Shown here in pieces: positions 20,399 to 30,201 of a stretch of DNA of 64,000 bases. The notes under the pieces are model-generated. The model saw only the letters and a program-made list of their open reading frames with translations, had not been told where the DNA came from and ran no database searches. The stretch is from an uncultured Chloroflexia bacterium (GTDB lineage: Bacteria > Chloroflexota > Limnocylindria > Limnocylindrales > CSP1-4). Position 1 is the first letter of the stretch, and every line of letters begins with the position of its first letter. A program made the translations under genes and the position numbers. The DNA is taken from positions 32,001 through 96,000 of the forward strand of contig CAWHDR010000005.1 of assembly GCA_963828165.1 (NCBI GenBank). The letters are read 5' to 3'.

Positions 20399-22885
20399 TT
20401 ACGTTCGGAGGTGGCCGTCCACGTCGCTGGCGAGGCCCTCGGCGACGTCCGTGACGGCGCGATCGACCTCGTCCTCGGTGAGCGTGCGGTCCCCCGCGGC
20501 GAACACCAGGCGGAACGCGAGACTGCGGCGCTCGTCGGGGAGCGGCCGGCCGCGATAGATGTCGAACAGCTCGACCGACGCAAGCAACGGCCCCGCATGG
20601 CGGTGGATGGCGGCCTCGACCTCACTCGCCGGTCGGGTGTCGGCGACGACCACGGCCAGGTCGCGCTCGACCACCGGATGGCGCGACGGCGTCCGTCCGA
20701 GCGGTACCGCCGGCTGACCCCCCGACAGGCCCGCCACGGCGAGCTCCGCCACGATGACTCGCTCCGCTCGCAACCCGAGCTCATCGATGAGCGCCGGATG
20801 TAGCTCGCCGACACGGCCCGCGATCGCGTCCGCAGCGACCGCGCCGGCGGCCCGACCGGGATGGAGCAACGGGTCGTCGATGAGGGGCGTGTACGCGGGC
20901 TGCGGCATGCCCAGCGAGCGGGCCACGAGGTCGATGAGGCCCTTGCCGTCGTCGAGGTCGTAGGGCCGGGCCGGGCGGTTCCAGGCGGGGATCTCGGCCG
21001 GACCGGTCAGGACGAAGCCGAGCCGCCACCACTCGTGGGTCCCTTCTCCATCGGCCTGCGCCGCGTACCCCTTGCCGATCTCGAAGATCCCGACGTCCGA
21101 TCCGCCCTGGCGGAGATTCGTGGCGGCCACCTCAAGGAGGCTCCCCAACAGCCGCTGGCGCATGACCGAGTGCTGGCTCGACAGCGGATTCGTCACCGTG
21201 ACCGGTCGGCCGCCGGCGGCACCCTCCCCGGCGATGACCGGGTCATCCACGGCCGGGAAGCGCTCGACCATCGCGGGCGACACGAGGGCGAACGACACCG
21301 CCTCGGACAGTCCCGCCCCGGCAAGGACCTCGCGCACCGTGTCCCGGAGGCGCAACGGCGATGGCCGGTACGACGGCATCGGCGTGTCCGGCAGGATGTC
21401 GGGGATGAGCTCGTAGCCACGGATCCGGGCGACTTCCTCGGTGACGTCCGCCTCGATCTCGAGGTCACGGCGCCAGGACGGGACGGTCGCCACGAGCACA
21501 TCCGCCTCGGAGGCGTCCACCTCGAGCGGGTTCGGGCCACCGGCCACGACCACCCGGGCGCCCGCGGTTGCCGGCTCCGTCGCGACACCGACCCGCGACA
21601 ACACGGCACGCTGCTCCTCGGCCGATACGTCCACGCCCAGCAGCCGACTGACGCGTGCCGGTCGGAACGGCACGCGCGTCGGCGACGGCTCCGTCGGGTT
21701 GCTGTCGATGACGCCCTTCGCCACGGCGCCGCCGGCCCATTCCTGGATGAGCCGGGCAGTCCGATCCGCCCCAAGCCGCGCGAGTCGATGCTCCTGGCCC
21801 TTTTCGAACCGGAGGCTCGCCTCGGAGCGGAGTGCGTAGCGGAAGGCGGTGCGGCGGATGCTGACCGGATCGAAGATCGCCGATTCGATGATGACGTCGG
21901 TCGTGGCGGCCGCGACCTCGGACGTGGCCGCGCCCATGACCCCCGCGATCCCCAGGGGCCCGGCAGGATCGGCGATGAGCAGGGTCTCCGGCTCGAGCTC
22001 GCGCTCGACGTGGTCGAGCGTCTCCATCCGTTCGCCCTCGCGTGCGAGGCGGACGATGATCCGGCCGTCGTGGACGGCGGTCGCGTCGAACACGTGGATC
22101 GGCTTGCCGAGCTCCAGCATCACGTAGTTGCTGACATCGACCACGTTGCTGACCGGCCGCTGACCGGCCGCCATGAGGCGCATCTGGACGTGATCGGGTG
22201 ACGGCCCGACCGTCACGCCGCTCACAGCCCGCGCCACGAACCTCGGACATAGTGCCGGTTCCTCGACGGCGACCGCCAGGCGACCCTCGATCGGATCGCC
22301 TCCCTCCGGTGGATCGGTCTCGGGAAAGCGGACGTCCGCTCCGGTCACTGCCGCGACCTCCCGGGCGAGCCCGATCATCGAGAGCGCGTCGCCGCGGTTC
22401 GGCTTGACGTCGACGTCGAGGACCACGTCGCCATAGAGGTCCGCCAACGCCAACCCGATCTGGGTCTCCGGCGGGAGGATGAGGATGCCGTCCCCATCGG
22501 CGGTCAGCCGCAGCTCGTCGCCGGAGCACAGCATGCCGTTGCTCGCGACACCCATCTTCTCGGTGCGCTCGATCCGACGGTCGCCCGGCAGGACCGCGCC
22601 CGGCAGCGCCACCGGCACGCGCTGCCCGGCGACGATGTTGGTGGCGCCGCACACGATCTCGAGCGGCTCACCGCTCCCCACGGACACCCGCGTGAGCGAC
22701 AGGCGGTCGGCTTGCGGATGGGGTTCCACGCTGAGAAGCTCGCCGACGACGACGTTCTCCCAGTCCGCGCCCCAGCGCTCGAGCCCCTTGACCTCCATCC
22801 CGAGCAGCGTCAACCGCTCGGCCAGCTGTTCCGGGGTCAGCTGGATATCGACGTAGTCGCGCAACCAGGAAAGCGGGACTCTCAC
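20399..22885 (-). CDS. pheT: Phenylalanine--tRNA ligase beta subunit
   Basis: VPLSWLRDY, HPQADRL, IVCGATN, PNRGDALS, RFEKG, VPSWRRD, EEVARIRGY; FDX-ACB C-terminus. Confidence 0.96.
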   Translation of the reverse strand: MRVPLSWLRDYVDIQLTPEQLAERLTLLGMEVKGLERWGADWENVVVGELLSVEPHPQADRLSLTRVSVGSGEPLEIVCGATNIVAGQRVPVALPGAVLPGDRRIERTEKMGVASNGMLCSGDELRLTADGDGILILPPETQIGLALADLYGDVVLDVDVKPNRGDALSMIGLAREVAAVTGADVRFPETDPPEGGDPIEGRLAVAVEEPALCPRFVARAVSGVTVGPSPDHVQMRLMAAGQRPVSNVVDVSNYVMLELGKPIHVFDATAVHDGRIIVRLAREGERMETLDHVERELEPETLLIADPAGPLGIAGVMGAATSEVAAATTDVIIESAIFDPVSIRRTAFRYALRSEASLRFEKGQEHRLARLGADRTARLIQEWAGGAVAKGVIDSNPTEPSPTRVPFRPARVSRLLGVDVSAEEQRAVLSRVGVATEPATAGARVVVAGGPNPLEVDASEADVLVATVPSWRRDLEIEADVTEEVARIRGYELIPDILPDTPMPSYRPSPLRLRDTVREVLAGAGLSEAVSFALVSPAMVERFPAVDDPVIAGEGAAGGRPVTVTNPLSSQHSVMRQRLLGSLLEVAATNLRQGGSDVGIFEIGKGYAAQADGEGTHEWWRLGFVLTGPAEIPAWNRPARPYDLDDGKGLIDLVARSLGMPQPAYTPLIDDPLLHPGRAAGAVAADAIAGRVGELHPALIDELGLRAERVIVAELAVAGLSGGQPAVPLGRTPSRHPVVERDLAVVVADTRPASEVEAAIHRHAGPLLASVELFDIYRGRPLPDERRSLAFRLVFAAGDRTLTEDEVDRAVTDVAEGLASDVDGHLRT

Positions 22886-23922
22886 CGGAATTGCCCCAGG
22901 AAGCGCAGGTCGTTTTCCATGTAGAGGCGCAGGTCGCCGACGCTGTGGCGCAGATTTGCGATGCGCTCGACACCCATCCCGAACGCGAAACCCTGGTAGC
23001 GCTCGGGATCGAGCCCGCCGTACTGGAGCACGACCGGGTGGACCATTCCGGCGCCAAGGATCGTCATCCAGCCGGTGCGCGAGCAGGCAGGACACCCGGA
23101 CCCGCCGCAGACGACGCATTCGACGTCGAACGCCACAGACGGCTCAGTGAACGGGTAGTAGCCGGGGCGGAAGCGGGTCCGCTTGTCCGCCCCGTACATG
23201 GCCTTGGCGAACTGGTCGAGGAGGCCCTTGAGATCGGCCATCGTCGTGCCCTCGTCGACCATGAGGCCCTCGACCTGGAAGAACTCCGACGCGTGGCTCG
23301 CGTCGATCGCCTCGTAGCGGAAGCAGCGGCCCGGGAGCAGGGCACGGATCGGCGGGCGTTCCTCGTGCATGACCCGGATCTGGCCGGGCGACGTGTGCGT
23401 CCGCAGAAGGTGGCCCTCGACGTCGACATACAGCGTGTCCCACAGGTCGCGGGCCGGGTGGTCGGGCGGGATGTTGAGCATCTGGAAGTTGCGAACGTCA
23501 TCCTCGATCTCTGGGCCCTCGTACACGACGAAGCCGAAGCGCCCGAAGATCTCGGCGATCTCCGAGATCGTCTCGTTGATCGGGTGACGGCTGCCGCGCC
23601 GGATCGGGCGGCCGGGCGTGGTGACGTCGACCGCCTCGGCGACCAGCCGCGCCGTCAACTCCGAGCCGCGGAGTTCCGCGCCGCGCGCCGTCAGTGCTCC
23701 CGTGATGGCGCCCCGGACGGCGTTCGCGATCGCGCCCACCTGTGGCCGCTCCTCGGGCGGCAGGGCGCCGATCCCGCGCAGCACTCCGGTGAGGCGGCCC
23801 TTCTTGCCGAGGATGTCGAGTTCGAGCGCTTCGAGCGCGGCAACGTCCGCAGCGGCCGCGACCGCGGCCAACGCCTCCCCCTGGAGCGCCTCGAGATCGC
23901 GAGTCAGGTCGGCGAGGTCCAC
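22882..23922 (-). CDS. pheS: Phenylalanine--tRNA ligase alpha subunit
   Basis: HPARD..DT, LRTHTSP, YPFTEPS, GAGMVHP, FAFGMGVER. Confidence 0.96.
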   Translation of the reverse strand: MDLADLTRDLEALQGEALAAVAAAADVAALEALELDILGKKGRLTGVLRGIGALPPEERPQVGAIANAVRGAITGALTARGAELRGSELTARLVAEAVDVTTPGRPIRRGSRHPINETISEIAEIFGRFGFVVYEGPEIEDDVRNFQMLNIPPDHPARDLWDTLYVDVEGHLLRTHTSPGQIRVMHEERPPIRALLPGRCFRYEAIDASHASEFFQVEGLMVDEGTTMADLKGLLDQFAKAMYGADKRTRFRPGYYPFTEPSVAFDVECVVCGGSGCPACSRTGWMTILGAGMVHPVVLQYGGLDPERYQGFAFGMGVERIANLRHSVGDLRLYMENDLRFLGQFR

Positions 23923-24007
23923 GGTCTAATCCTCGGGCTGATGGCTCGCGGAGCGTCGCCTCGGTCTTCCGAGAGCGACTTCGCAGACGCTTGAGCCGCC
24001 CGGAGGC

Positions 24008-24358
24008 CTACGCGGTCTTGGCCAGCTCGACGATGCGACCGAACGTCTCGCTGTCGCGGACCGCGAGGTCGGCCAGGATCTTGCGGTCGATCTCGATCTT
24101 CGCCTTCTTGAGCCCGGCGATGAACTGCCCGTAGGTCAGCCCGTTCTGGCGGGCGGCCGCGTTGATCCTGACGATCCACAGCTCGCGCATCTGGCGCTTG
24201 CGCTGCTTCCGGTCGCGGGTCGCGTAAGCGAGCGCGTGCAGCAACGCCTCGCGGGCGGGCTTGATCAGCTTCGACTTCGTGCCCTTGCGGCCCTCGGCGG
24301 CCTTGAGCAGGCGCTTGTGGCGCTTGTGTGAGGTGACGCCTCGCTTGACTCGTGCCAT
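24008..24358 (-). CDS. rplT: 50S ribosomal protein L20
   Basis: MARVKRG, YA.RDRK.RKR..R.LWI.RINAAAR, IDRKILA. Confidence 0.97.
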   Translation of the reverse strand: MARVKRGVTSHKRHKRLLKAAEGRKGTKSKLIKPAREALLHALAYATRDRKQRKRQMRELWIVRINAAARQNGLTYGQFIAGLKKAKIEIDRKILADLAVRDSETFGRIVELAKTA

Positions 24359-24374
24359 GTCGGTATTCGGGCTC

Positions 24375-24572
24375 CTAGAGGTACGGGAGCAGGCGGCGGA
24401 CCTGCCGTGCGTGGGAGTGCGGGATCAGGGCCTTGCCGGCGTACCGGCGCGTCCGTCGAGACGACTTGATCTCGAGATGGTGGCCACGCCATGCCTTGAC
24501 CCGGACGAACTTGCCGGAGCCGGTCGCGCCGATGCGCTTCTGGGCTGCCTTGTGGCTCTTCATCTTCGGCAC
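24375..24572 (-). CDS. rpmI: 50S ribosomal protein L35
   Basis: [28 protein letters not shown]. Confidence 0.95.
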   Translation of the reverse strand: MPKMKSHKAAQKRIGATGSGKFVRVKAWRGHHLEIKSSRRTRRYAGKALIPHSHARQVRRLLPYL

Positions 24573-24579
24573 GGTCGGC

Positions 24580-25464
24580 TCACTCTCCTGTCGGCACCGG
24601 CTCGGGCACCGGCTTCGATTCGCTTCTTGTCGCGGCGGGTGCCGGGGCCGCGGTCGCCGCGGCGGCCGGCGGGGCCGCTGGTTTCGTCTTCGTGGCCCCG
24701 TCTTCGGTCGGGGCCTTGGCCGGTGCTGCGTCGGTGGCCTTGGCCGGAGCCGACGCCGCTGTGGCCGTGGCCTTGGCGGGAGCCACGACCGCCTGTGCGG
24801 GCGCAGCCGGAGCCTTGGCCGGTGGTGCGGTCGCGGCCGGGGCCTCGACCGTGGCCGCCTCGGTTCCCTCCTCCGCCTCGGCCGGGATGGCCAGGGCGTC
24901 GGCGGGGACCTCGTCGACCGCGTGCTTGCGGTCCGGGGCATCGTGGCTCTTGGGCTTGTGGGTCGATGCCATCGTGATGTGCATCGACTTGCCTTCGAGC
25001 AACGGCGTCCGTTCCGCTACTCCGTGATCCTTGACTCGATCCACGAACCTGGTGATGAGGTTCCGCCCGATCTCCGGGTGGGTCAGCTCCCGACCGCGGA
25101 AGCGGACGGTCACCTTGATCCGATCACCATCTTCGAGGAATTCGATCGCGCGGTGGACCTTGGTATCGAAGTCACCGACGCCGATCTTGGGCGACAGGCG
25201 GACTTCCTTGAACGTCACCGAGCGCTGCTTGCGCTTGGCTTCCTTCTCCCGCTTCGTCAGCTCGTACTTGTACTGACCGAAATCGAGGAACTTGACCACC
25301 GGGGGTTGCGCCATCGGGGCGACCTCGACGAGATCGTATCCCCGCTCCTGCGCCATCTCGAGGGCTTGCGGCGTGGGCATGACGCCCAGCTGAGCACCCT
25401 CTTCATCGACCACCCGAACCTGTGGGATCCGGATCATCTGGTTTACGCGCAGGTCTCGACTGAT
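24580..25464 (-). CDS. infC: Translation initiation factor IF-3, ATC start, long Ala/Pro/Lys-rich tail
   Basis: AAGGGGTG-aacc-ATC AGT CGA GAC CTG CGC GTA AAC; RVN..IR, DLVEVAP, KE.RL.P.I, FRGRE. Confidence 0.93.
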   Translation of the reverse strand: MSRDLRVNQMIRIPQVRVVDEEGAQLGVMPTPQALEMAQERGYDLVEVAPMAQPPVVKFLDFGQYKYELTKREKEAKRKQRSVTFKEVRLSPKIGVGDFDTKVHRAIEFLEDGDRIKVTVRFRGRELTHPEIGRNLITRFVDRVKDHGVAERTPLLEGKSMHITMASTHKPKSHDAPDRKHAVDEVPADALAIPAEAEEGTEAATVEAPAATAPPAKAPAAPAQAVVAPAKATATAASAPAKATDAAPAKAPTEDGATKTKPAAPPAAAATAAPAPAATRSESKPVPEPVPTGE

Positions 25465-25626
25465 GGTTCACCCCTTGTTTACTGCTGGTCCATTCGACCG
25501 GCATGGGGGCATACGTCCCCCTACCGGGCGAGCCGGCAGGATAGCACACGGGTTCTGAACGCGACAACGGACGGGCTGGACGACGGCCTCGAAAATCCAA
25601 CCCGAGTTCCCATGCGATCAGCCCCG

Positions 25627-25838
25627 AACCGCCGGGCTTTCCCGGATATCGCCCGGAGCGATGCTACGCGTCGCCGAGCCAGCCCAAGGCCCCCGCGCGG
25701 GTGCTCGGCGGGCCGAACCCTGTCGGAATATCGCTCAGGGCGATCAGCGGTGGTGGAATCGCTCCCCCCGGAGGCATGCGCCGGTTCTCGCCGCGCGTTG
25801 CATCGCCGGTGGCGATATCCGGTAAGCCTCGGACGGTT
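25627..25838. repeat. ~210-bp element bounded by ~50-bp imperfect inverted repeats
   Basis: aaccgccgggctttcccggatatcgcc..gcgatgctacgcg pairs with cgcgttgcatcgc..ggcgatatccggtaagcctcggacggtt. Confidence 0.65.
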
Positions 25839-25893
25839 GCGCCGCAACCTCGTGATCCCGACTCTTGATCAGTTCGTGGCGCGACCAGGCCCC

Positions 25894-27732
25894 CTACGCG
25901 ATCGTCCGCGCCCGGCTCTCCTCGGCCAGTCGGTCGGCGAACTCGTCCCACGGCTGGGGATCCTGCTGCTCCCCTGCCCTGGTCCGCGGCGAGGCCGTGC
26001 GAGCCTCGATCTCGCGGTCGCCCAGCACGACCATGTACGGCACCTTCTGCTCTTGCGCCGTCCGGATCTTGTACTGCATCCGGTTGGATGAGCCGTCGAC
26101 CTCCACTCGCAGGCCGCGCGAGCGCAGCACCGCGGCGAACTCCTCGGCCGCCTCGAGGTGGCGATCCGCGATGGGGATGACGACCGCCTGGACGGGCGCG
26201 AGCCACAGGGGAAACGCCCCCGCGAAGTGCTCCACGAGGATCCCGATGAACCGCTCGAGCGACCCGTAGATCGCCCGGTGGATGGCGATCGGGCGCTGCG
26301 GCTGGCCCGCCTCGTCGATGTAGGTCAGGTCGAAGCGCTCTGGCAGCATCACGAGGTCGCACTGGATCGTGGCCATCTGCCACTCGCGGCCCAGGGCGTC
26401 ATCGATGTAGATGTCGATCTTGGGCGCGTAGAACGTGCCGTCCTTGGGCTTGGTGACGAACGCGACGCCGGTTCGCATCAGCGTCGCGTGGATGAGCTCC
26501 TCGGCTCGCTCCCAGAGCGCGGGGTCGCCGATCGCCTTGTCCGGCTTGGTCGCGAACGCGAAGCGCGGCGTCAGGCCGAACCACGAGTACGCCTCCCTGA
26601 CCTCGCCGAGAATCGCCTCGAGCTCGTCCGACAGCTGGTCGGGGCGAACGTAGACATGCCCGTCGTCCTGGATGAACTGGCGGACCCGGGTCAGCCCGCT
26701 CAGTGCGCCGGAGCGCTCGTTGCGATGGAGCCGGCCGAACTCGCTGAAGCGGAGCGGCAGGTCCCGGTACGAGCGCAGCTTCGAGCGGTAGATGATCGTG
26801 GATTCGGGGCAGTTCATCGGCTTGAGGCTGAAGAGCTGCTTCTCGCTCTCGACGATGAACATGTTCTCCGCGTAGTGGTCCCAGTGCCCGGACTGGCGCC
26901 ACAGGCGCTCGCTGACCAGGATCGGCGTCGAGATCTCCTGGTAGCCGCGACGGTCCTGCAACTCGCGCATCGAGCTCTCCAGGGTCCGCCAGATTCGCTG
27001 GCCCTTGGGATGCCAGAAGGCCGAGCCCGGGGAGACGTCGTGGAACGAGTACAGGTCGAGCGCGACGCCGAGCCGGCGGTGATCGCGCTTCTTCGCCTCG
27101 GCCCGGCGCTCGAGGTAGAGGTCGAGCTCGTCCTGGGTCGCCCAGGCCGTCCCGTAGACGCGCTGGAGCATCGGCCGCTTCTCGTCGCCGCGCCAGTACG
27201 CTCCGGCCGTGCCGAGGAGCTTGAACGGACCGATCTTGCCGGTGCTGGCGACATGCGGGCCACGACAGAGGTCGATGAACGGACCCTGGCGGTAGAAGGT
27301 CGTCGGCGGCATGGGCGTGCCGTCGCGCTCCGCGGCGGCCGCAAGGTCGTCCACGATCTCGACCTTGAACGGCTGGTCGCGCTCGACGAGCGCGGCACGT
27401 GCCCCCTCCGGGGTCTCCTCGCTGAGCTCGAAGGGGTGGTCGGCGGCGATGCTCTCGCGCATCCGTGCCTCGATGGCGGGGAGATCCTCCGGGGTCAACG
27501 GCCGCGGCAGCAGGAAGTCGTAGTAGAAGCCGTCGTCGATGACGGGACCGATGCCGAGCTTCGTGCCTGGGAACAGGTCCAGGACGGCCTCTGCCAGGAC
27601 GTGTGCAGCGCTGTGACGCATCGGCCCGAGCTCACCCGCCGCGCCGTGGTCCATGAGTTCGTCCGCCTCGCGCCGCTCGGGCGCGTCCGGCAGCGCTTCC
27701 TCGACCTCGATCTCTTGTTCGTCCTCGACCAT
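25894..27732 (-). CDS. thrS: Threonine--tRNA ligase (no obvious N-terminal TGS domain)
   Basis: RHSAAH, DLCRGPH, GAYWRGDE, RDHR, KPMNCP, GLTRVRQF.QDD, FYAPKID, HRAIYGSLERF. Confidence 0.96.
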   Translation of the reverse strand: MVEDEQEIEVEEALPDAPERREADELMDHGAAGELGPMRHSAAHVLAEAVLDLFPGTKLGIGPVIDDGFYYDFLLPRPLTPEDLPAIEARMRESIAADHPFELSEETPEGARAALVERDQPFKVEIVDDLAAAAERDGTPMPPTTFYRQGPFIDLCRGPHVASTGKIGPFKLLGTAGAYWRGDEKRPMLQRVYGTAWATQDELDLYLERRAEAKKRDHRRLGVALDLYSFHDVSPGSAFWHPKGQRIWRTLESSMRELQDRRGYQEISTPILVSERLWRQSGHWDHYAENMFIVESEKQLFSLKPMNCPESTIIYRSKLRSYRDLPLRFSEFGRLHRNERSGALSGLTRVRQFIQDDGHVYVRPDQLSDELEAILGEVREAYSWFGLTPRFAFATKPDKAIGDPALWERAEELIHATLMRTGVAFVTKPKDGTFYAPKIDIYIDDALGREWQMATIQCDLVMLPERFDLTYIDEAGQPQRPIAIHRAIYGSLERFIGILVEHFAGAFPLWLAPVQAVVIPIADRHLEAAEEFAAVLRSRGLRVEVDGSSNRMQYKIRTAQEQKVPYMVVLGDREIEARTASPRTRAGEQQDPQPWDEFADRLAEESRARTIA

Positions 27733-27744
27733 CAGGTCCTCCCT

Positions 27745-27988
27745 GGAATCACGAAACCCCTCGTCCCTTGGCTGGACGAGAGGTCTGCTCCCGCGGTCCC
27801 ACCGGCCTTCACCGACGCCGATCGACGGCGGTGCGCTCGCGTGTCGCGCTAACGGGCGACGCCCGGATCGGTTCACCGATCGCTCACGGGTGGTGCCGTC
27901 CGTAGATCGATCGCCGGGTCTTGCAGCCCTGGGGCCCGGCTCTCTTTGGATCGTCCGGCTCGGAACGGCGTGTCCCGCTCGACGCTCT
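27745..27988 (-). ncRNA. T-box riboswitch (Thr, ACC specifier) leading thrS
   Basis: Stem I AGAGAG and GGCTGCAAG motifs; ACC at 27894-27892; CCGTTA; antiterminator GGCCGG-TGGGACC-GCGGGAG..CTCTCGT-CCAGCC; overlapping terminator CCTCTCGTCC..GGACGAGGGG. Confidence 0.88.
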
Positions 27989-28000
27989 TTCGATTCGATG

Positions 28001-28077
28001 TGGTGGGCGACACTGGACTCGAACCAGTGACCTCTTGCATGTCAAGCAAGTGCTCTAACCAGCTGAGCTAGCCGCCC
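28001..28077 (-). tRNA. tRNA-Val (GAC)
   Basis: GGGCGGCTAGCTCAGCTGGTTAGAGC, anticodon arm CTTGC-TT-GAC-AT-GCAAG, TTCGAGTCC, encoded CCA. Confidence 0.97.
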
Positions 28078-28273
28078 GCGTCGCGGGCCCATTTGCGTCA
28101 CGTCCTCGCATCTCGTTGGCTCACGGGGTGTTCCACGTCCCGCGACAAGATTCGTGACCTTGGCGTTCCTGAGCCTGCGGCCCGGGAATGCTACCAGAGG
28201 CCGGCGCGAGCCGACAACGACGGCGGCATCGGCCGAACCGGCGACCGAGGCCGCTAGCTCGCAGGCTGGCGAC

Positions 28274-28426
28274 CTAATAGGCCGGCTGCGAGACGACGCT
28301 CGGCGCGGGGGCGGTCGCGTCGGGTGCCGGCGCGCCTTGCGAACCGGCGCCGCCGCCCGACGGCGCCGTGCAAGCCGCCAGCAGCCCAACGACGATGATC
28401 ACGCACGCGATGAGGGATCGGCGCAT
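28274..28426 (-). CDS. Small putative lipoprotein (50 aa)
   Basis: GGAG SD; MRRS + hydrophobic stretch + LAAC lipobox. Confidence 0.5.
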   Translation of the reverse strand: MRRSLIACVIIVVGLLAACTAPSGGGAGSQGAPAPDATAPAPSVVSQPAY

Positions 28427-28515
28427 GAAGCGTTCTCCTTCTGGGTTCCGCCCCAACGTTCGTCTCGGATCCGGTACGACGGCCAGCGAGTCGCGGTTTC
28501 GGTGATGATGCCCCC

Positions 28516-29370
28516 GTGGACGGTTACGAGCTCATCGATGCCGGCGGGGGCGCTCGCCTGGAACGCTTCGGCGCGCACGTGATCGACCGGCCACATGGCG
28601 GTGCCTACGGCGAGCGGCGGGCGCCCGAGCGCTGGAGAGAGGCAGATCTGCGCTTCGATCGCGACGTGGGGTGGTCGGGGCCGGGTCTGGCGGAGGCCGG
28701 CGACGGCTGGGCCACCACGATCCAGGGACTGGAGATGAGCCTTCGGCCGACCGATTCCGGGCAGGTCGGCTGCTTTCCCGAGCATGCGGCCGTGCTGCCG
28801 TGGCTTCGAGAAGGTGTCGAGCTCCGGCGCGCGACGGCTCCGGACGACGCTGCCCCGGTGCGGCTGCTGCACCTCTTCGCGTACACGGGGCTCGCGACGC
28901 TGGCCGTGGCTGCCGCGGGAGCCGCGGTCGCGCACGTCGATTCGGCCCGGCCAGCCGTCGCCTGGGCGCGGCGCAACGCGGCGGCAAACGGTCTCGGGGA
29001 CGCCCCCATCCGCTGGCTCGTCGACGACGCCCGGGCGTACGTCGCGCGTGAGCGCCGACGCGGCAGCCGGTACGACGCGATCACGCTCGACCCGCCGACC
29101 TACGGCCACGGCGCCTCCGGAAGACCGTGGCGCCTTGACACCGACCTGGACCCGCTCCTCGCCGATTGCCGGGCGATCCTCTCGCCAGACGGATTCCTCC
29201 TGCTTACCGCCCACACGGAACACCTGGGTGAGGATCAGCTCGCCGGCCGCCTCGGGCTGGCCCTCCGCCGCGCGGCAGCCGACATCGAGACCGGGGACCT
29301 GCGCCTCGACGCGACGTCGGGCGCGAGTCTGGGGCTCGGTGTCTTCGCGCGCTGGGACGGCGCAAGATGA
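28516..29370 (+). CDS. Class I SAM-dependent methyltransferase (RlmI/RlmK-like)
   Basis: YELID.G.G.RLERFG, G.FPE, LHLFAYTG, HVDS, LDPPTYG. Confidence 0.82.
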   Translation: MDGYELIDAGGGARLERFGAHVIDRPHGGAYGERRAPERWREADLRFDRDVGWSGPGLAEAGDGWATTIQGLEMSLRPTDSGQVGCFPEHAAVLPWLREGVELRRATAPDDAAPVRLLHLFAYTGLATLAVAAAGAAVAHVDSARPAVAWARRNAAANGLGDAPIRWLVDDARAYVARERRRGSRYDAITLDPPTYGHGASGRPWRLDTDLDPLLADCRAILSPDGFLLLTAHTEHLGEDQLAGRLGLALRRAAADIETGDLRLDATSGASLGLGVFARWDGAR

Positions 29371-30197
29371 CGACGATGTCCGAAGCAGCGCTGGCGAGCC
29401 CGTCCAATCCTCGGATCAAGGCGGCCGCGCGCCTGCGGGAACGCCGGGAGCGGGACAAGCGGGGCCTGACGCTCGTCGATGGCGCGCGCGAGCTGCGACG
29501 CGCCCTCGAGGCGGGCGTCGAGGTCATGGAGGCATTCGTCTGCGAACCCCAGGTCGCCGGGGAGGACGCCCGGACCGCCTTGGACGAGCTCCGGTCCAGC
29601 AACGTGGCGGTGACGACCACCACCGAAGCCGCGTTCGCGAAGCTGGCATTCGGCGACCGGGCCGAGGGCCTCGTGGCCGTCGTACGTGCGCCGTCGCTCG
29701 CCCTCGACGACCTCACGTTGCCCGTGGACCCGCTGCTCGTCGTCATCGAAGGCGTGGAGAAGCCCGGCAACCTCGGTGCCGTGCTGCGCAGCGCGGACGG
29801 GGCCGGGGTCGACGCGCTGATCGCGGCCTCACCGCTCACAGACCTCGCGAACCCGAACGTCATCCGGGCGAGTGCCGGCACCATCTTCACGGTCCCCATG
29901 GCCGCCGCTCCCACGGACGAGGCGCTTCGCTGGCTGCGCGATCGCCGCATCCGCATCGTCGCGGCACGGGTCGATGCCACGGAGGCTTACACGGAGCTGG
30001 ATCTGACGGGCCCCGTCGCCATCGTGCTGGGCTCGGAGGCGGAGGGGCTCACGGACGCCTGGCTCGGACCGGACATCGAGGCGGTCCACCTCCCGATGCT
30101 GGGCGTCGCCGACAGCCTCAACGTCTCGGTGACGGCGGCAATCCTCGTGTACGAGGCGCGCCGGCAACGCACCGGTCATCCGAGGGAGGCAGACTGA
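29367..30197 (+). CDS. TrmH/SpoU family RNA methyltransferase
   Basis: SNPRIK, EKPGNLGAVLRSA, GSEAEGL, LPMLG..DSLNVS. Confidence 0.92.
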   Translation: MTTMSEAALASPSNPRIKAAARLRERRERDKRGLTLVDGARELRRALEAGVEVMEAFVCEPQVAGEDARTALDELRSSNVAVTTTTEAAFAKLAFGDRAEGLVAVVRAPSLALDDLTLPVDPLLVVIEGVEKPGNLGAVLRSADGAGVDALIAASPLTDLANPNVIRASAGTIFTVPMAAAPTDEALRWLRDRRIRIVAARVDATEAYTELDLTGPVAIVLGSEAEGLTDAWLGPDIEAVHLPMLGVADSLNVSVTAAILVYEARRQRTGHPREAD

Positions 30198-30201
30198 CCC
30201 G

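Noticed and set aside
25465-25545. L20 leader upstream of infC
   Set aside because: An extended -10 (TGcTATCCT) and small hairpins are present, but I cannot match the L20-leader consensus by eye.
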